Positions 17,071 through 27,071 of a stretch of DNA of 64,000 bases are shown one piece after another. Numbering within the stretch: position 1 is the stretch's first letter; every line of letters begins with the position of its first letter. Below the pieces are notes generated by a model. That model searched no databases, was not told where the DNA came from, and saw only the letters and a list, made by a program, of their open reading frames with translations. The position numbers and the translations under genes were made by a program. The stretch covers positions 23,639 through 87,638 of the forward strand of contig NZ_JBGSLK010000006.1 in NCBI RefSeq assembly GCF_041740695.1. Direction: 5' to 3'. The DNA comes from Haliscomenobacter sp. GTDB taxonomy: Bacteria; Bacteroidota; Bacteroidia; Chitinophagales; Saprospiraceae.

Positions 17071-19242
17071 TCAAATCTCCTCCCAAAACATCTCAATCTG
17101 CCGTCTCTGCAAATTCGTGCTCACGATCCGCACCTGAATCTCTTGACCCATTGTGAACTCCTTTTTGCTATGCACCCCTCGAATCCTAAGACGGCCAGGG
17201 TCAATTTCAAAAGGTTCGTTCATGGTTTCGAAGCTCACCATTCCTTCGCAGCGGTTGCCGCGTAGTTCGACGAAAATGCCTCGGTCGCCAATGCCAGAGA
17301 TGAAGCCAGGGAAAACTTCGCCCAAGTGTTTGGACATGAATTCAACCTGTTTGTACTTGATCGATTCCCGTTCGGCGTCGGCGGCGCGGCGTTCCTGTTT
17401 GGACACGTGTTGGCACATTTCCTCCAGTTTTTCCTTGTTGACCCGGTGAGTGGCCTTCAGGTTTTGGAACAAAATGCGGTGCGCCAGCACATCCGAGTAG
17501 CGGCGGATTGGTGAAGTGAAGTGGCTGTAAAAATCAAAAGCCAGGCCGTAGTGCCCAATGTTGTCGCTCGAATAGGCCGCTTTGGCCATGGTGCGGATGG
17601 CAATGGGCCCGAGGATGCTCAAGGCTTCGTTTTCTTCGGCCAGTTCGGCCAGCTTATTAAAGGAGCGGGCGATGTCTTTGGGCGTAGCCACGTTCATCTC
17701 CACACCCATTTGGCGGGCAAAACGGGCGAGTTCTTCCACCTTGTCCAGGTTAGGCTCGTCGTGTACGCGGTAAATGAAGGGGATTTCAGCTTCCTCTTTG
17801 GTGCCTTTTTCGGAAACATAAGTGGCTACCTCGCGGTTGGCCAGCAGCATGAAGTCTTCGATCAACATGTGCGCGTCCTTGCGCTCCTTGGTGAACACCT
17901 CGATGGGTACACCCGCGTCATCCAGGCGGAAGCGGACTTCTTCCGATTCAAAATTAATGGCCCCTTTTTTGAAGCGCTCTTTGCGGAGTTTGTGCGCGAT
18001 TTTGTTGAGCACTTTCAATTCTTGGGCAAAGTCACCTTCCACCGTGTCCAGCACTTCTTGCGCTTCTTCGTAGGAAAAGCGACGGTTGGAGTGAATGACC
18101 GTTTTGCCAAACCAGCGCTCCACAATTTTTTCATCCTTGTCAAAGGTGAATACGGCGGAAAAGGTCAACTTATCCTCGTGTGGGCGCAGGGAGCAAAGCT
18201 CGTTGGACAACTTTTCGGGCAACATCGGGCAAACGCGGTCGACCAGATACACCGAAGTAGAACGGGCCAGCGCTTCTTTGTCCAAAGCCGTGTTTTCATG
18301 CACGTAGTGCGTCACATCAGCAATGTGAACCCCAATTTCCAAGTTGCCATTGGGCAGGTAGAGGAAGGAGAGTGCATCGTCAAAGTCGCGGGCGTTTTCA
18401 GGGTCGATGGTGAAAGTGGGCGTTTTACGCATGTCGCGGCGAATGGCGATTTCCACTTCCGGGATTTCGGTGCCCAGTTCTTCTGATTCCTTGATGACTT
18501 CGGGTGGAAAATCCAGATTGAAGCCATTGTTGATCAGGATGCCTTTCATCTCGATGTCGTGCGATCCCGCTTTGCCCAGTACATAAGTCAATACCCCCAT
18601 GGGTTGGCGGTATTGTCCGCCAGTCCAACTTTCAATTTTGACCACTACACGGTCTTCATCTACGGCATTCATGATCTTGGCGGGATCAACAAGAATCTCT
18701 AAGGAAGAAGGTGGATCGGTGACCACTACGGCGTAACGGGGGTGAATCCAGATGGTACCGACAAAATGCTCGCGGGCGCGTTCCAAAACTTCCAAAACCT
18801 CACCTTCTGGGCGGTTGCGACCTCGGGGTACCCAGGCTTTGATTTTGACCTTGTCGCCATGCAGGGCGGTGTTCATGTTTTTGGCTGCTACAAAAATATC
18901 GTCTTGTTGGCCTTCTACCGTCACATAGCCAGCGCCGGAGCGGGTCATGTCCATGGTGCCATTCAGCACTTTGCGATCCTGACCCAGCAGGGCCCCGCTG
19001 GTGCCGCGTAGTTTGTATTTGAAGTCTTCTAACTCAATGATGTAGCCGAGTTTGACCAATTCCTGACAAGCATGAAGAACGGAATCCTTATTGTTGTCGA
19101 TGCTGAGTTTTTTGGCAATTTGCTTGGGGTTCAAGCGTCTTTTCGGGTCTTTTTGAAAGAGGAGCAATACGTTTTTTTGCAGGTCTTTAGTAGTCAATCT
19201 ACGAATGTCTTCTTTCCCTCTTTTAGGGTTTCTTTTTCTCAT
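17071..19242 (-). CDS. rnr: ribonuclease R
   Basis: The RNB catalytic domain and a C-terminal S1 domain are present with a basic N-terminus. It is 723 aa with strong similarity to RNase R. Confidence 0.9.
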   Translation of the reverse strand: MRKRNPKRGKEDIRRLTTKDLQKNVLLLFQKDPKRRLNPKQIAKKLSIDNNKDSVLHACQELVKLGYIIELEDFKYKLRGTSGALLGQDRKVLNGTMDMTRSGAGYVTVEGQQDDIFVAAKNMNTALHGDKVKIKAWVPRGRNRPEGEVLEVLERAREHFVGTIWIHPRYAVVVTDPPSSLEILVDPAKIMNAVDEDRVVVKIESWTGGQYRQPMGVLTYVLGKAGSHDIEMKGILINNGFNLDFPPEVIKESEELGTEIPEVEIAIRRDMRKTPTFTIDPENARDFDDALSFLYLPNGNLEIGVHIADVTHYVHENTALDKEALARSTSVYLVDRVCPMLPEKLSNELCSLRPHEDKLTFSAVFTFDKDEKIVERWFGKTVIHSNRRFSYEEAQEVLDTVEGDFAQELKVLNKIAHKLRKERFKKGAINFESEEVRFRLDDAGVPIEVFTKERKDAHMLIEDFMLLANREVATYVSEKGTKEEAEIPFIYRVHDEPNLDKVEELARFARQMGVEMNVATPKDIARSFNKLAELAEENEALSILGPIAIRTMAKAAYSSDNIGHYGLAFDFYSHFTSPIRRYSDVLAHRILFQNLKATHRVNKEKLEEMCQHVSKQERRAADAERESIKYKQVEFMSKHLGEVFPGFISGIGDRGIFVELRGNRCEGMVSFETMNEPFEIDPGRLRIRGVHSKKEFTMGQEIQVRIVSTNLQRRQIEMFWEEI

Positions 19243-19246
19243 TTGG

Positions 19247-19741
19247 TTAATGGGTTATAATCTGCCCTTCCGGCAGCAATTCTAGTTTTTGAGTGCGGGT
19301 ACCGGAAGCGTCGTAGTTGGTGTCGGATGAAGATTGTCCAGACACCATTAAAATCGTCCAATCTTCGTCAATTGTAGCCACGGTAGTTGTCAACGTTTTG
19401 CCGTCGTAGAAAGTTCCCGCGATGACTTGTTTGTCAATGAGCTGGCCTTCCTTACCAACGGTTAGCATCACGAATTGATAGTTCATCAAATGGGCAACCC
19501 AATACACTACGGCATGAAAGTCGTAGGTTTCCGGGATGCGAAAACAAGGAACAAATTCGGTGAACTCATCCACTTCCTCTTCTTCCAGGGGGAGTAGGTA
19601 CTGGTCGATCATGCGTTGAGGAAAAGGCTCATTGCTTTGACTGAATATGCGACTGCTTTCATCCGTCAAAGTGATGGGCAATTTTACTTCTGGAAACTGT
19701 TCCAGAAAACCTGCAAGCGATATGTTTATTTCTTCTGCCAT
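19247..19741 (-). CDS. hypothetical protein
   Basis: This ORF is directly downstream of rnr. The probable start is the internal Met 'MAEEINIS'. I assign no family. Confidence 0.4.
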   Translation of the reverse strand: MAEEINISLAGFLEQFPEVKLPITLTDESSRIFSQSNEPFPQRMIDQYLLPLEEEEVDEFTEFVPCFRIPETYDFHAVVYWVAHLMNYQFVMLTVGKEGQLIDKQVIAGTFYDGKTLTTTVATIDEDWTILMVSGQSSSDTNYDASGTRTQKLELLPEGQIITH

Positions 19742-20017
19742 GTTAAAAAACGCGAATTGATGCCACAAAAGTCCAAAAAATCAATTAAACATTTTGATTA
19801 CGTGGCTATTATTTAGACTCGTTCAAAATTAAAGCCAATGGGGTAACTTGCGTCACACACTTTTGTGCATCTAGCCTCAAATATATAGCTTTGTAGATGT
19901 TTTAGGGGCGATAAAAAATGAACATTTATTTTGCCCCACTACTTATCGGCACAACACTTGAAAAACTTCAATGGTTGTGGCCGGCACAAAAATACACAAA
20001 ACACAAAACGAAAACAC

Positions 20018-20755
20018 ATGAGTTGGCTGACAAACACGCTTTCACCAGTAGGACTGGGCTGGTTTGGCGGGTTCCTGACTTCCTCCATTGGTAAAAAAGT
20101 ACTGATGGCGCTGACAGGGCTTTTCCTGATCTCTTTTTTACCGATTCACTTGTTAGGTAATTTATACTTGATGAAAGATGATGGTGGACGTGATTTTAAT
20201 CTGTATGCGGAGTTTATGACGCACAACAAAATCATCAAAATAGTCTCTTACACCCTTTACCTGTCGATTGTACTGCATGCGATTCAGGGGCTGCTCTTGT
20301 GGAGACAAAACGCCAGCGCACGTGGGCAAAATTATGCGGTGAAGGTTACCCGTGCAGTAGGCACCAATGCTCGTGCTGCCACCCGTATGGGTTGGTTGGG
20401 TACAATTCTGCTGATTTTCATCTTGTTGCACATGTACCAGTTTTGGTTACAGATGAAGTTGGGCAATGTTCCAAGAGCAGCTTATGGAAATGGAGAAATA
20501 GTGAAGGATTTGTACAATCCAGTCATGGATGCCTTTGCCAATCCAACTTTCGTAATCATTTATGTGGTTTCCATGATTGCCATAGCATTCCACCTTTGGC
20601 ATGGTTTCCAAAGTGCCTTCCAGACGCTTGGATTGAATCACAGCAAATATACGCCCCTCATCAAGGCATTGGGTAAGGCGTATTCAGTGTTGATTCCTGC
20701 AGGTTTTGCGCTCATTCCAATATATGTTTATGGAGACACCATGGGATGGTGGTAG
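20018..20755 (+). CDS. sdhC: succinate dehydrogenase / fumarate reductase cytochrome b subunit (b558 family)
   Basis: It has about five TM helices with conserved His, it precedes sdhA and sdhB, and its start is the internal ATG 'MSWLTNTLSP'. Confidence 0.8.
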   Translation: MSWLTNTLSPVGLGWFGGFLTSSIGKKVLMALTGLFLISFLPIHLLGNLYLMKDDGGRDFNLYAEFMTHNKIIKIVSYTLYLSIVLHAIQGLLLWRQNASARGQNYAVKVTRAVGTNARAATRMGWLGTILLIFILLHMYQFWLQMKLGNVPRAAYGNGEIVKDLYNPVMDAFANPTFVIIYVVSMIAIAFHLWHGFQSAFQTLGLNHSKYTPLIKALGKAYSVLIPAGFALIPIYVYGDTMGWW

Positions 20756-20864
20756 GGACAACCCTGTGTGGTTGTCCGCATAAAAAGAGGAACCACACAG
20801 AGTTGCCCGTACGAATGCCCGAATTTCAGAAAATTGAATTTTTTCAATATAAACATTACACATC

Positions 20865-22868
20865 ATGGCTCTTAATGGTAAAGTTCCAGCGGGAAATTTA
20901 ACGGAAAAGTGGACAAAATACCGCGCTTCCATGCCACTGGTAGCTCCCAATAATAAAAGACGCCTTGACATCATCGTAGTAGGTTCAGGTTTGGCGGGTG
21001 CTGCAGCTGCGGCTTCGCTAGGCGAACTGGGCTACAACGTCAAGTGCTTTACCTTTCACGATAGTCCACGCCGGGCGCACTCCATCGCGGCGCAAGGGGG
21101 GATCAACGCGGCGAAAAACTACCGCAATGACGGCGACAGTACTTACCGCCTCTTTTACGATACCATCAAAGGTGGCGACTACCGCGCTCGTGAAGCCAAC
21201 GTTTACCGCTTGGCTGAAGTGAGTGCGAGCATCATCGACCAGGCTGTGGCGCAGGGGGTTCCTTTCGCACGCGAGTATGGAGGTTTGTTGGACAACCGCT
21301 CTTTTGGTGGCGTGCAGGTAAGCCGTACTTTTTATGCCCGGGGTCAAACTGGTCAACAGTTGTTGATTGGTGCTTACCAGTCTTTGTCGCGCCAAATTTC
21401 GCTGGGTACTGTGGAGATGTACAACCGCCACGAAATGCTCGATGTGGTATTGGTGGATGGCAAAGCCCGCGGCATCATTGCCCGTAACCTGCTTACGGGA
21501 GAGTTGGAGCGCCACGCTGCCCACGCGGTGGTACTGGCGACGGGTGGATATGGCAACGTATTCTATTTGTCTACCAACGCAATGATGTGCAACGTAACCG
21601 CGGCCTGGCGTTCGGTACGCCGAGGTGCGCTGATGGCCAACCCTTGTTTTACCCAAATTCACCCTACCTGCATTCCCGTGAGTGGTGACTATCAATCCAA
21701 GCTGACCCTGATGTCGGAGTCGCTGCGGAACGATGGTCGGGTATGGGTACCTAAAAAGCAGGAAGACGCGGCTGCAATCCGCTCCGGCCATAAAAATGCC
21801 CTGGACATTCCTGAAGAAGACCGCGATTACTTCCTCGAACGCCGTTATCCAGCCTTCGGTAACCTGGTGCCTCGTGACGTAGCTTCACGTGCTGCGAAAG
21901 TTGCCTGCGACGAAGGTTTGGGTGTAGCACCAACTGGTTTGGCCGTGTACCTAGATTTTTCTGCTGCCATCGAACGTTACGGACGCTCCAAGGCTGGCGT
22001 GATGGGCCTCCACAATCCCGAGCACAAAAAGGTGATCGAATTGGGTGAAAATGTGGTAGAAGAAAAATACGGCAACCTCTTCGCCATGTACGAAAAGATC
22101 ACTGGCGAGAACCCGTATAAAATGCCGATGAAAATTTACCCAGCCGTACACTACACTATGGGTGGCTTGTGGGTAGATTACAATCTGGAAACCAATATCC
22201 CTGGCTTGTTTGCAGCGGGTGAGTGCAATTTCTCCGATCACGGCGCCAACCGCCTCGGTGCCTCGGCTTTGATGCAAGGTTTGGCTGATGGCTACTTTGT
22301 ATTGCCTTATACCATCGGCAATTTCTTGTCCAACGACATCCGTACGCCGAAGTTTGATCCAAATTCAGCAGAATTTTTGCAGGCTGAAGCAGACGTGAAA
22401 GGCCGCATTGATCAACTGATGGGTGTACAAGGCAAACAATCGGTAGAAAGTTTCCACCGCCGCTTGGGCAAAATCATGTGGGAAAAATGTGGCATGGCCC
22501 GCAACGCCGAAGGTCTGACCGCCGCCCGCCGTCAAATCCAGGAGTTGCGCGAAGAGTTCTACAAAGACGTATTTGTTCCAGGGAGTGCTACCGGGGATTA
22601 CAATCCAGAACTGGAAAAAGCCCTCCGGGTAGCCGATTTCTTCGAAATGGGTGAATTGATGGTTGTGGACGCACTCAACCGTGAGGAATCCTGTGGCGGC
22701 CACTTCCGCGAAGAACACCGAACCGAAGAGGGTGAAGCCCTGCGCGACGATGCCAACTTCGCCTACGTTGCTGCCTGGGCCTACAACGGCTGGGATTCCG
22801 ATCCCGTGCTGAACAAAGAAGAACTGGTCTTCGAAAACGTAGAGCTTAAGAGCAGAAGCTATAAGTAA
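20865..22868 (+). CDS. sdhA: succinate dehydrogenase flavoprotein subunit
   Basis: The FAD-binding motif is '[15 protein letters not shown]'. '[11 protein letters not shown]' carries the covalent FAD His. Other active-site motifs are '[10 protein letters not shown]' and '[14 protein letters not shown]'. Confidence 0.95.
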   Translation: MALNGKVPAGNLTEKWTKYRASMPLVAPNNKRRLDIIVVGSGLAGAAAAASLGELGYNVKCFTFHDSPRRAHSIAAQGGINAAKNYRNDGDSTYRLFYDTIKGGDYRAREANVYRLAEVSASIIDQAVAQGVPFAREYGGLLDNRSFGGVQVSRTFYARGQTGQQLLIGAYQSLSRQISLGTVEMYNRHEMLDVVLVDGKARGIIARNLLTGELERHAAHAVVLATGGYGNVFYLSTNAMMCNVTAAWRSVRRGALMANPCFTQIHPTCIPVSGDYQSKLTLMSESLRNDGRVWVPKKQEDAAAIRSGHKNALDIPEEDRDYFLERRYPAFGNLVPRDVASRAAKVACDEGLGVAPTGLAVYLDFSAAIERYGRSKAGVMGLHNPEHKKVIELGENVVEEKYGNLFAMYEKITGENPYKMPMKIYPAVHYTMGGLWVDYNLETNIPGLFAAGECNFSDHGANRLGASALMQGLADGYFVLPYTIGNFLSNDIRTPKFDPNSAEFLQAEADVKGRIDQLMGVQGKQSVESFHRRLGKIMWEKCGMARNAEGLTAARRQIQELREEFYKDVFVPGSATGDYNPELEKALRVADFFEMGELMVVDALNREESCGGHFREEHRTEEGEALRDDANFAYVAAWAYNGWDSDPVLNKEELVFENVELKSRSYK

Positions 22869-22947
22869 GTTTAGAAGGTTGAGAAAGTTGAGAAGGTTTA
22901 GAACCGGCTCACTTAAAATTCTACCATCTATCTTTAAACTCCGCCAA

Positions 22948-23006
22948 CCCACGGATTTATCCGTGGGAGGCACCACCTCGCCCCACCCCACGAATTTATT
23001 CGTGGG
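22948..23006. repeat. pair of REP-like palindromes (CCCACGGATTTATCCGTGGG and CCCACGAATTTATTCGTGGG)
   Basis: I read them directly in the sdhA-sdhB spacer. Related copies lie at 7604-7623 (CCCACAAATAAATTCGTGGG) and 16942-16959 (CCCACGATTCTTCGTGG). Confidence 0.6.
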
Positions 23007-23038
23007 ACATACAGGGAGGGCGATAAAAAGAGATTCCA

Positions 23039-23827
23039 ATGGAAAACATGCATTTAAAACTTAAAATATGGCGCCAGGGCGGCAAATTTCCCAAAAAAGG
23101 GGAATTCGTCACTTACGAACTGGACAACGTCAGCGAGCACATGTCCTTTTTGGAAATGTTGGACGTGCTCAATGAAAAACTTATCACCCAGCGCGAGGAA
23201 CCGGTAGCATTCGAACACGACTGCCGCGAGGGCATTTGTGGTACCTGCTCGATGGTCATCAACGGCCACCCACACGGGCCCAACACTGGAACGACCACCT
23301 GCCAATTGCACATGCGTTTCTTCCGCGACGGCGACACCATCACCGTGGAGCCTTTCCGCGCCAAGTCTTTTCCGGTCATTAAAGACCTGGTGGTAGAGCG
23401 TGCCGCTTTTGACCGCATCATCCAAGCGGGGGGCTTTGTATCGATCAACACTGGTCAGGCCCAGGATGCCAATGCCATCCCGGTGTCTAAAGAATCCGCA
23501 ACAGTTGCTTTTGATGCTGCGGCCTGTATTGGTTGTGGTGCCTGTGTAGCCGCTTGCCCGAATGCTTCAGCGATGTTGTTTGTGAGTGCAAAGGTATCTC
23601 ACCTGGCTATGTTGCCACAAGGTAAGGTCGAAGCCAAACGTCGCGCACTGGCCATGGTGAAACAAATGGACCTGGAAGGCTTCGGAAACTGCTCCAACGT
23701 AACGGCTTGTGAAGCAGAATGTCCGAAGGAAATTTCGGTAGAAAACATCGCTCGCCTCAACCGCGAATACATCTCAGCAGCCTTTGTATATGATGAAAAA
23801 GAGGAAAAAAGCGGCGGTGCGGGATAA
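23039..23827 (+). CDS. sdhB: succinate dehydrogenase iron-sulfur subunit
   Basis: The Cys clusters for 2Fe-2S, 4Fe-4S and 3Fe-4S are '[11 protein letters not shown]', '[12 protein letters not shown]' and '[12 protein letters not shown]'. Confidence 0.9.
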   Translation: MENMHLKLKIWRQGGKFPKKGEFVTYELDNVSEHMSFLEMLDVLNEKLITQREEPVAFEHDCREGICGTCSMVINGHPHGPNTGTTTCQLHMRFFRDGDTITVEPFRAKSFPVIKDLVVERAAFDRIIQAGGFVSINTGQAQDANAIPVSKESATVAFDAAACIGCGACVAACPNASAMLFVSAKVSHLAMLPQGKVEAKRRALAMVKQMDLEGFGNCSNVTACEAECPKEISVENIARLNREYISAAFVYDEKEEKSGGAG

Positions 23828-23990
23828 TGAAAGCTGCGCTCGGGTAGTTTTTTGACCGTAGATTGACAAAATTGCACCGTTTACCAAAAAAAAACTACCG
23901 TTCCTTTTGAAAAGGGATTGCTTTTAAAAAAATAAGGGTGTACATTTGTACTTTACAGTTGCCCTTCAGATATACGAATATCTGGTGATG

Positions 23991-24024
23991 CCCGGAGTTA
24001 TCCCCTCCGGGTATTTTTATTTTA
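23991..24024 (+). terminator. intrinsic terminator (CCCGGAG-TTATCCCCT-CCGGG + T-rich tract) after the sdh operon
   Basis: I read it directly. A second 7-bp hairpin (CAGATATacgaATATCTG) precedes it at 23968-23985. Confidence 0.55.
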
Positions 24025-24175
24025 GGCAGGTACGGTCGTGCGTCTTCGTCTATTTTAAGCCTTCCCATTTTATTGTGGCTCAATGATATTTTAACGGATG
24101 TTAAATGTTTTAATACTGCGTACTGCATTTGAAATTCGACGTTATTAGAACAAACCTTCACAAAAAAAACTCAAT

Positions 24176-24850
24176 ATGTCGAATCGAATTGCACTTACGA
24201 GCTTATGCTTGTTGATTGGCCTGACTGTTTTTGCTCAAAATGGCTCCAAGTGGAGAATTGGGGTAAAAGCGGGAGTGAATTATACAGATCAATTAGCCAG
24301 TAATTTTCCCTCCTCAAGTTCTGTCAATTTGAACAAATTGTACAACCAGAGTACTGAACGGCTGTTAGGGTTGAATGCAGGGCTGCATGGTAAACTACAC
24401 TTATCCGAAAAAGTAGGCTTGAATGCTGATCTCGTGTACAATCAAAGAGGCTTCAAAGGAATCACCAAAGATTCCAGCTTTCAGGATGTAAATTATTCTA
24501 GCCGCTTCCATTACCTCAGTTTACCCCTCTACGGGAATTTACGGCTCATGCCTCGCTTGGCATTTGAACTCGGCGCAGAAACTAGCTATTTTTTAAACTT
24601 GGGTGGAAAATATGGCGACACCAAAAGAAATGGGGAAAGCAACGAATCCGTTACTAATTTAGATTTTGGGCTGATTGCTGGCCTATCTTTCGAGCTTACG
24701 GATCGGCTTAGTTTGCAAGGTCGATATTATCGAGGATTAAAGGATGTGTTTGATGTCACTTTTACAGACGTCAATGGGGCAGAGCTTGATATCAATCCAA
24801 GGTTCGTCAACCACGGCTTCCAACTTTCGCTTACGGTTTTTCCTTTTTAA
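24176..24850 (+). CDS. outer-membrane beta-barrel protein (OmpA-like beta-barrel/porin family, OMP_b-brl)
   Basis: It has a signal peptide, alternating amphipathic strands and a C-terminal '...LSLTVFPF'. It is 224 aa. Confidence 0.6.
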   Translation: MSNRIALTSLCLLIGLTVFAQNGSKWRIGVKAGVNYTDQLASNFPSSSSVNLNKLYNQSTERLLGLNAGLHGKLHLSEKVGLNADLVYNQRGFKGITKDSSFQDVNYSSRFHYLSLPLYGNLRLMPRLAFELGAETSYFLNLGGKYGDTKRNGESNESVTNLDFGLIAGLSFELTDRLSLQGRYYRGLKDVFDVTFTDVNGAELDINPRFVNHGFQLSLTVFPF

Positions 24851-25081
24851 TAAACCCTTTCTTTGGGAAACGCTCTCTCATTTTGAATCAGGGGGAGAAG
24901 TTGCTCTCCCCTGAATTAAACCATGACAAACAACAAACGGCCACGGCAATCAAACCGAAGTTTGACCGCCTGGCCGTAAGTTGTGTGCATGGAATTAGGA
25001 TAGAAAATATTCCTGGGTTGCCTCTGCACCATATGTAGCAAGCAGGATATGTTGTTGTATGGGTTTCGCTTTAGACTAGCA

Positions 25082-25813
25082 CTAACGGTACAAGCTGCCA
25101 CTATTCAGCGGTATTGGCTGCTGCTGGGCTGCTGCCGGCCGAACTCCACCAAAATAGTAGCGAATCCCTACCGAAAAATCCAAAGCATTGGTCCAGGTAA
25201 CAGAAGTCCTGCTGATTTCCCCCACATTAATCTGGCTGTCACTTTTGGCAAAATTGTATTTTACCAACGCTTCGAGGGCAATCCCGTCACTGGCAAAAAT
25301 GGTGAAACCAGGCCCGACCCCGATCGACAACAAACTATTATCGATGATTTGTGTCTCTTTGTTTTCAATAAATTGATTTCTCGAATTACCAAAACCAATC
25401 GTAGCATCTAAGAAGTACGCCTTGTTTTCACCAGAAGGAATATAATAGCGCACAAACGGACCAAAAAGGAGATTGTCGTTTTCAGAACGCACGGGGGGAA
25501 CTGTTGCATCTCCCAGGTCCACGCCGGCAGTGCTGGTAGTTCTGAGCCAATCCATGCCAATACCCATCACAAAATTTTGCCCCAGAAAATAACCAATACT
25601 GGGCGAAAGGTTGAATTGGGAAGCCCTACCACCATCTCCCTGAACGGAACCAGTGTTGGATTGAACATCTATGGATGATTTGGAGATAGAAAACCCCATG
25701 CTTGAACCAATCATAAAATTGCCCCGTTGGGTAGGATAAAAGTTTGATTGTTGTGCCGATAAGCCTCCGAATGCGATCAAGATCATAAAGAGGATGGCTG
25801 CGATAGTTTTCAT
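25082..25813 (-). CDS. outer-membrane beta-barrel protein (porin family)
   Basis: It has the signal peptide 'MKTIAAILFMILIAFGGLSAQQ', a beta-strand pattern and a terminal aromatic. Confidence 0.6.
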   Translation of the reverse strand: MKTIAAILFMILIAFGGLSAQQSNFYPTQRGNFMIGSSMGFSISKSSIDVQSNTGSVQGDGGRASQFNLSPSIGYFLGQNFVMGIGMDWLRTTSTAGVDLGDATVPPVRSENDNLLFGPFVRYYIPSGENKAYFLDATIGFGNSRNQFIENKETQIIDNSLLSIGVGPGFTIFASDGIALEALVKYNFAKSDSQINVGEISRTSVTWTNALDFSVGIRYYFGGVRPAAAQQQPIPLNSGSLYR

Positions 25814-25899
25814 TGTAGAATTTTTCGTAGTATGAAATAGGAAGTTTGATTGCCCTTAAGGGAATTGATCTTAGTAGTGATGGGCAAATGCGATTTTAA

Positions 25900-26020
25900 G
25901 TTAGTTGCATTGTCCAAGTGCTACCCAGATGATGATGAATACAATGATAGTTCCCAGGCAACCTCCGCCTAGTTTCATGGCACCATAGCCTGCTATAAGG
26001 CCTTTGAAAAGATTATTCAT
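25900..26020 (-). CDS. candidate 39-aa hydrophobic small protein (MNNLFKGLIAGYGAMKLGGGCLGTIIVFIIIWVALGQCN)
   Basis: It is not in the ORF track because it is shorter than 60 aa. I translated it by hand. It has a single TM-like segment in an intergenic region. Confidence 0.25.
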
Positions 26021-26197
26021 GATTTGTATTTTTTGGGATTGTGAAACAGGCCTACTCAGCCCTTGAAGCTTCACCATTCGGATGGGCTACAAGAAGAGGA
26101 AAAAGAGGGAGAGAAATTCCCTCCCTCTCTTTTGTATGGATTAACCTTTGGATTAGTCTTCTGCCGCACTTGAAAGTGCGATCAGGAAAAGTTTAGG

Positions 26198-26528
26198 CTA
26201 CCGCGTTTTTGAGGCAGATGGCAAGGCCCATTCTTCTCTCTTTTCATTTTGAGGGTTATGCATGTTTTTGTTTTCTGGATTGGGGTTGTGCATGTTTTTA
26301 TTTTCGGGATTGCGGGTGTGGCCTGATTCCTCCTTGCTTCCTGAAGCACCATAGAGGCTACCTACAATTCCTGTAATGGCAGTGGCTACTCCGCCAGCGT
26401 TCTGGCTAGTGAATTCAGCAATTTTTTTGCGCAGTTCTGCTCCTTTTTTGGTGCCATACAAAGCTGCAACAGCAGAGCCAACAGCAACACCGGCTGCTAC
26501 GCGCCATGCGATTTTTCTTGCATTCATG
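26198..26528 (-). CDS. hypothetical Gly/Ala-rich small protein (YtxH/glycine-zipper-like) with a tandem-repeat C-terminus
   Basis: The probable start is the internal Met 'MNARKIAW'. The N-terminus is Gly-zipper-like ('AAGVAVGSAVAALYG'). The C-terminus has the tandem repeat 'NPENKNMH', which is encoded by a DNA tandem repeat of about 30 bp. Confidence 0.45.
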
Positions 26529-26573
26529 TCATTCGTTTTTAAAGGTGATGAGATGGTAAAAATGGGAGTTAGA

Positions 26574-26629
26574 GCTTGTTTAAGTTTTTTTGGCAGAAGT
26601 AAAAAAGACTGCAAAAAAACTTAAACAAG
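26574..26629. repeat. short hairpin element with the same terminal inverted repeats as 14721-14876 (GCTTGTTTAAGTTTTTTT ... AAAAAAACTTAAACAAG)
   Basis: I read it directly. It sits between two minus-strand genes and may act as a terminator for the upstream one. Confidence 0.55.
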
Positions 26630-26648
26630 TGCTTATGCCAGAGTAGGT

Positions 26649-26879
26649 TTAACCGTTGCTATTGGCAGTACCTTTGCTACTTACCAGCACGACAACTCCG
26701 CCAATTAACAGCACCAAACCTACTATGGGTGACCAGCGAACGGGATTGTTTTCTTTCTTTTCAATCTCTAGTGGACCAATGTCCACTACTTTTTCGCGCG
26801 TTACAAAATTGAATCCGGTGTATGCCATCATCACTATACCTAGGATGATGAGGATAACTCCTAATGGTCTTGATCTCAT
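26649..26879 (-). CDS. small membrane protein (two TM helices)
   Basis: 'LGVILIILGIVMMAY' and 'IVGLVLLIGGVVVLV' are predicted helices. The protein is 76 aa. Confidence 0.4.
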   Translation of the reverse strand: MRSRPLGVILIILGIVMMAYTGFNFVTREKVVDIGPLEIEKKENNPVRWSPIVGLVLLIGGVVVLVSSKGTANSNG

Positions 26880-27071
26880 ACGTGTTTTGGTTTTTCGTTG
26901 GTGGTGGAAAAAAGTTGGTTTTTTGGGGCTGGGGTTTTCTCATAGTATGTTGCATCTAAAGGATAAAAACTCTTGCCACAGGGTTTACGGGGAAATACGG
27001 GGTTTCTTTTCCCCAACTGAGGGTCTTTTTGTCCTTATTCGAGGTTTGAGGCATGGGCTGTTTGGGTTTTA

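Noticed and set aside
17521-18486. Plus-strand ORFs of 321 aa and several of 60-90 aa inside the rnr locus
   Set aside because: They are antisense to the clearly homologous RNase R gene. The translations are low-complexity (Gly/Ala/Phe-rich) with no motifs. This is a typical shadow ORF of a GC-biased codon frame.
21018-21791. 257-aa minus-strand ORF inside sdhA
   Set aside because: It is antisense to the flavoprotein gene, which has unmistakable FAD-binding motifs.
22365-23039. 224-aa minus-strand ORF spanning the sdhA 3' end and the sdhA-sdhB spacer
   Set aside because: Its N-terminal part is a translation of the REP-like palindromes (PTNKFVGWG), and the rest is antisense to sdhA. It is not a gene.
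23895-24161. 88-aa minus-strand ORF between sdhB and the OMP gene
   Set aside because: It lies in a hairpin/terminator-containing, AT-rich intergenic region. It has no homology or coding periodicity, and it overlaps the likely promoter of 24176-24850.
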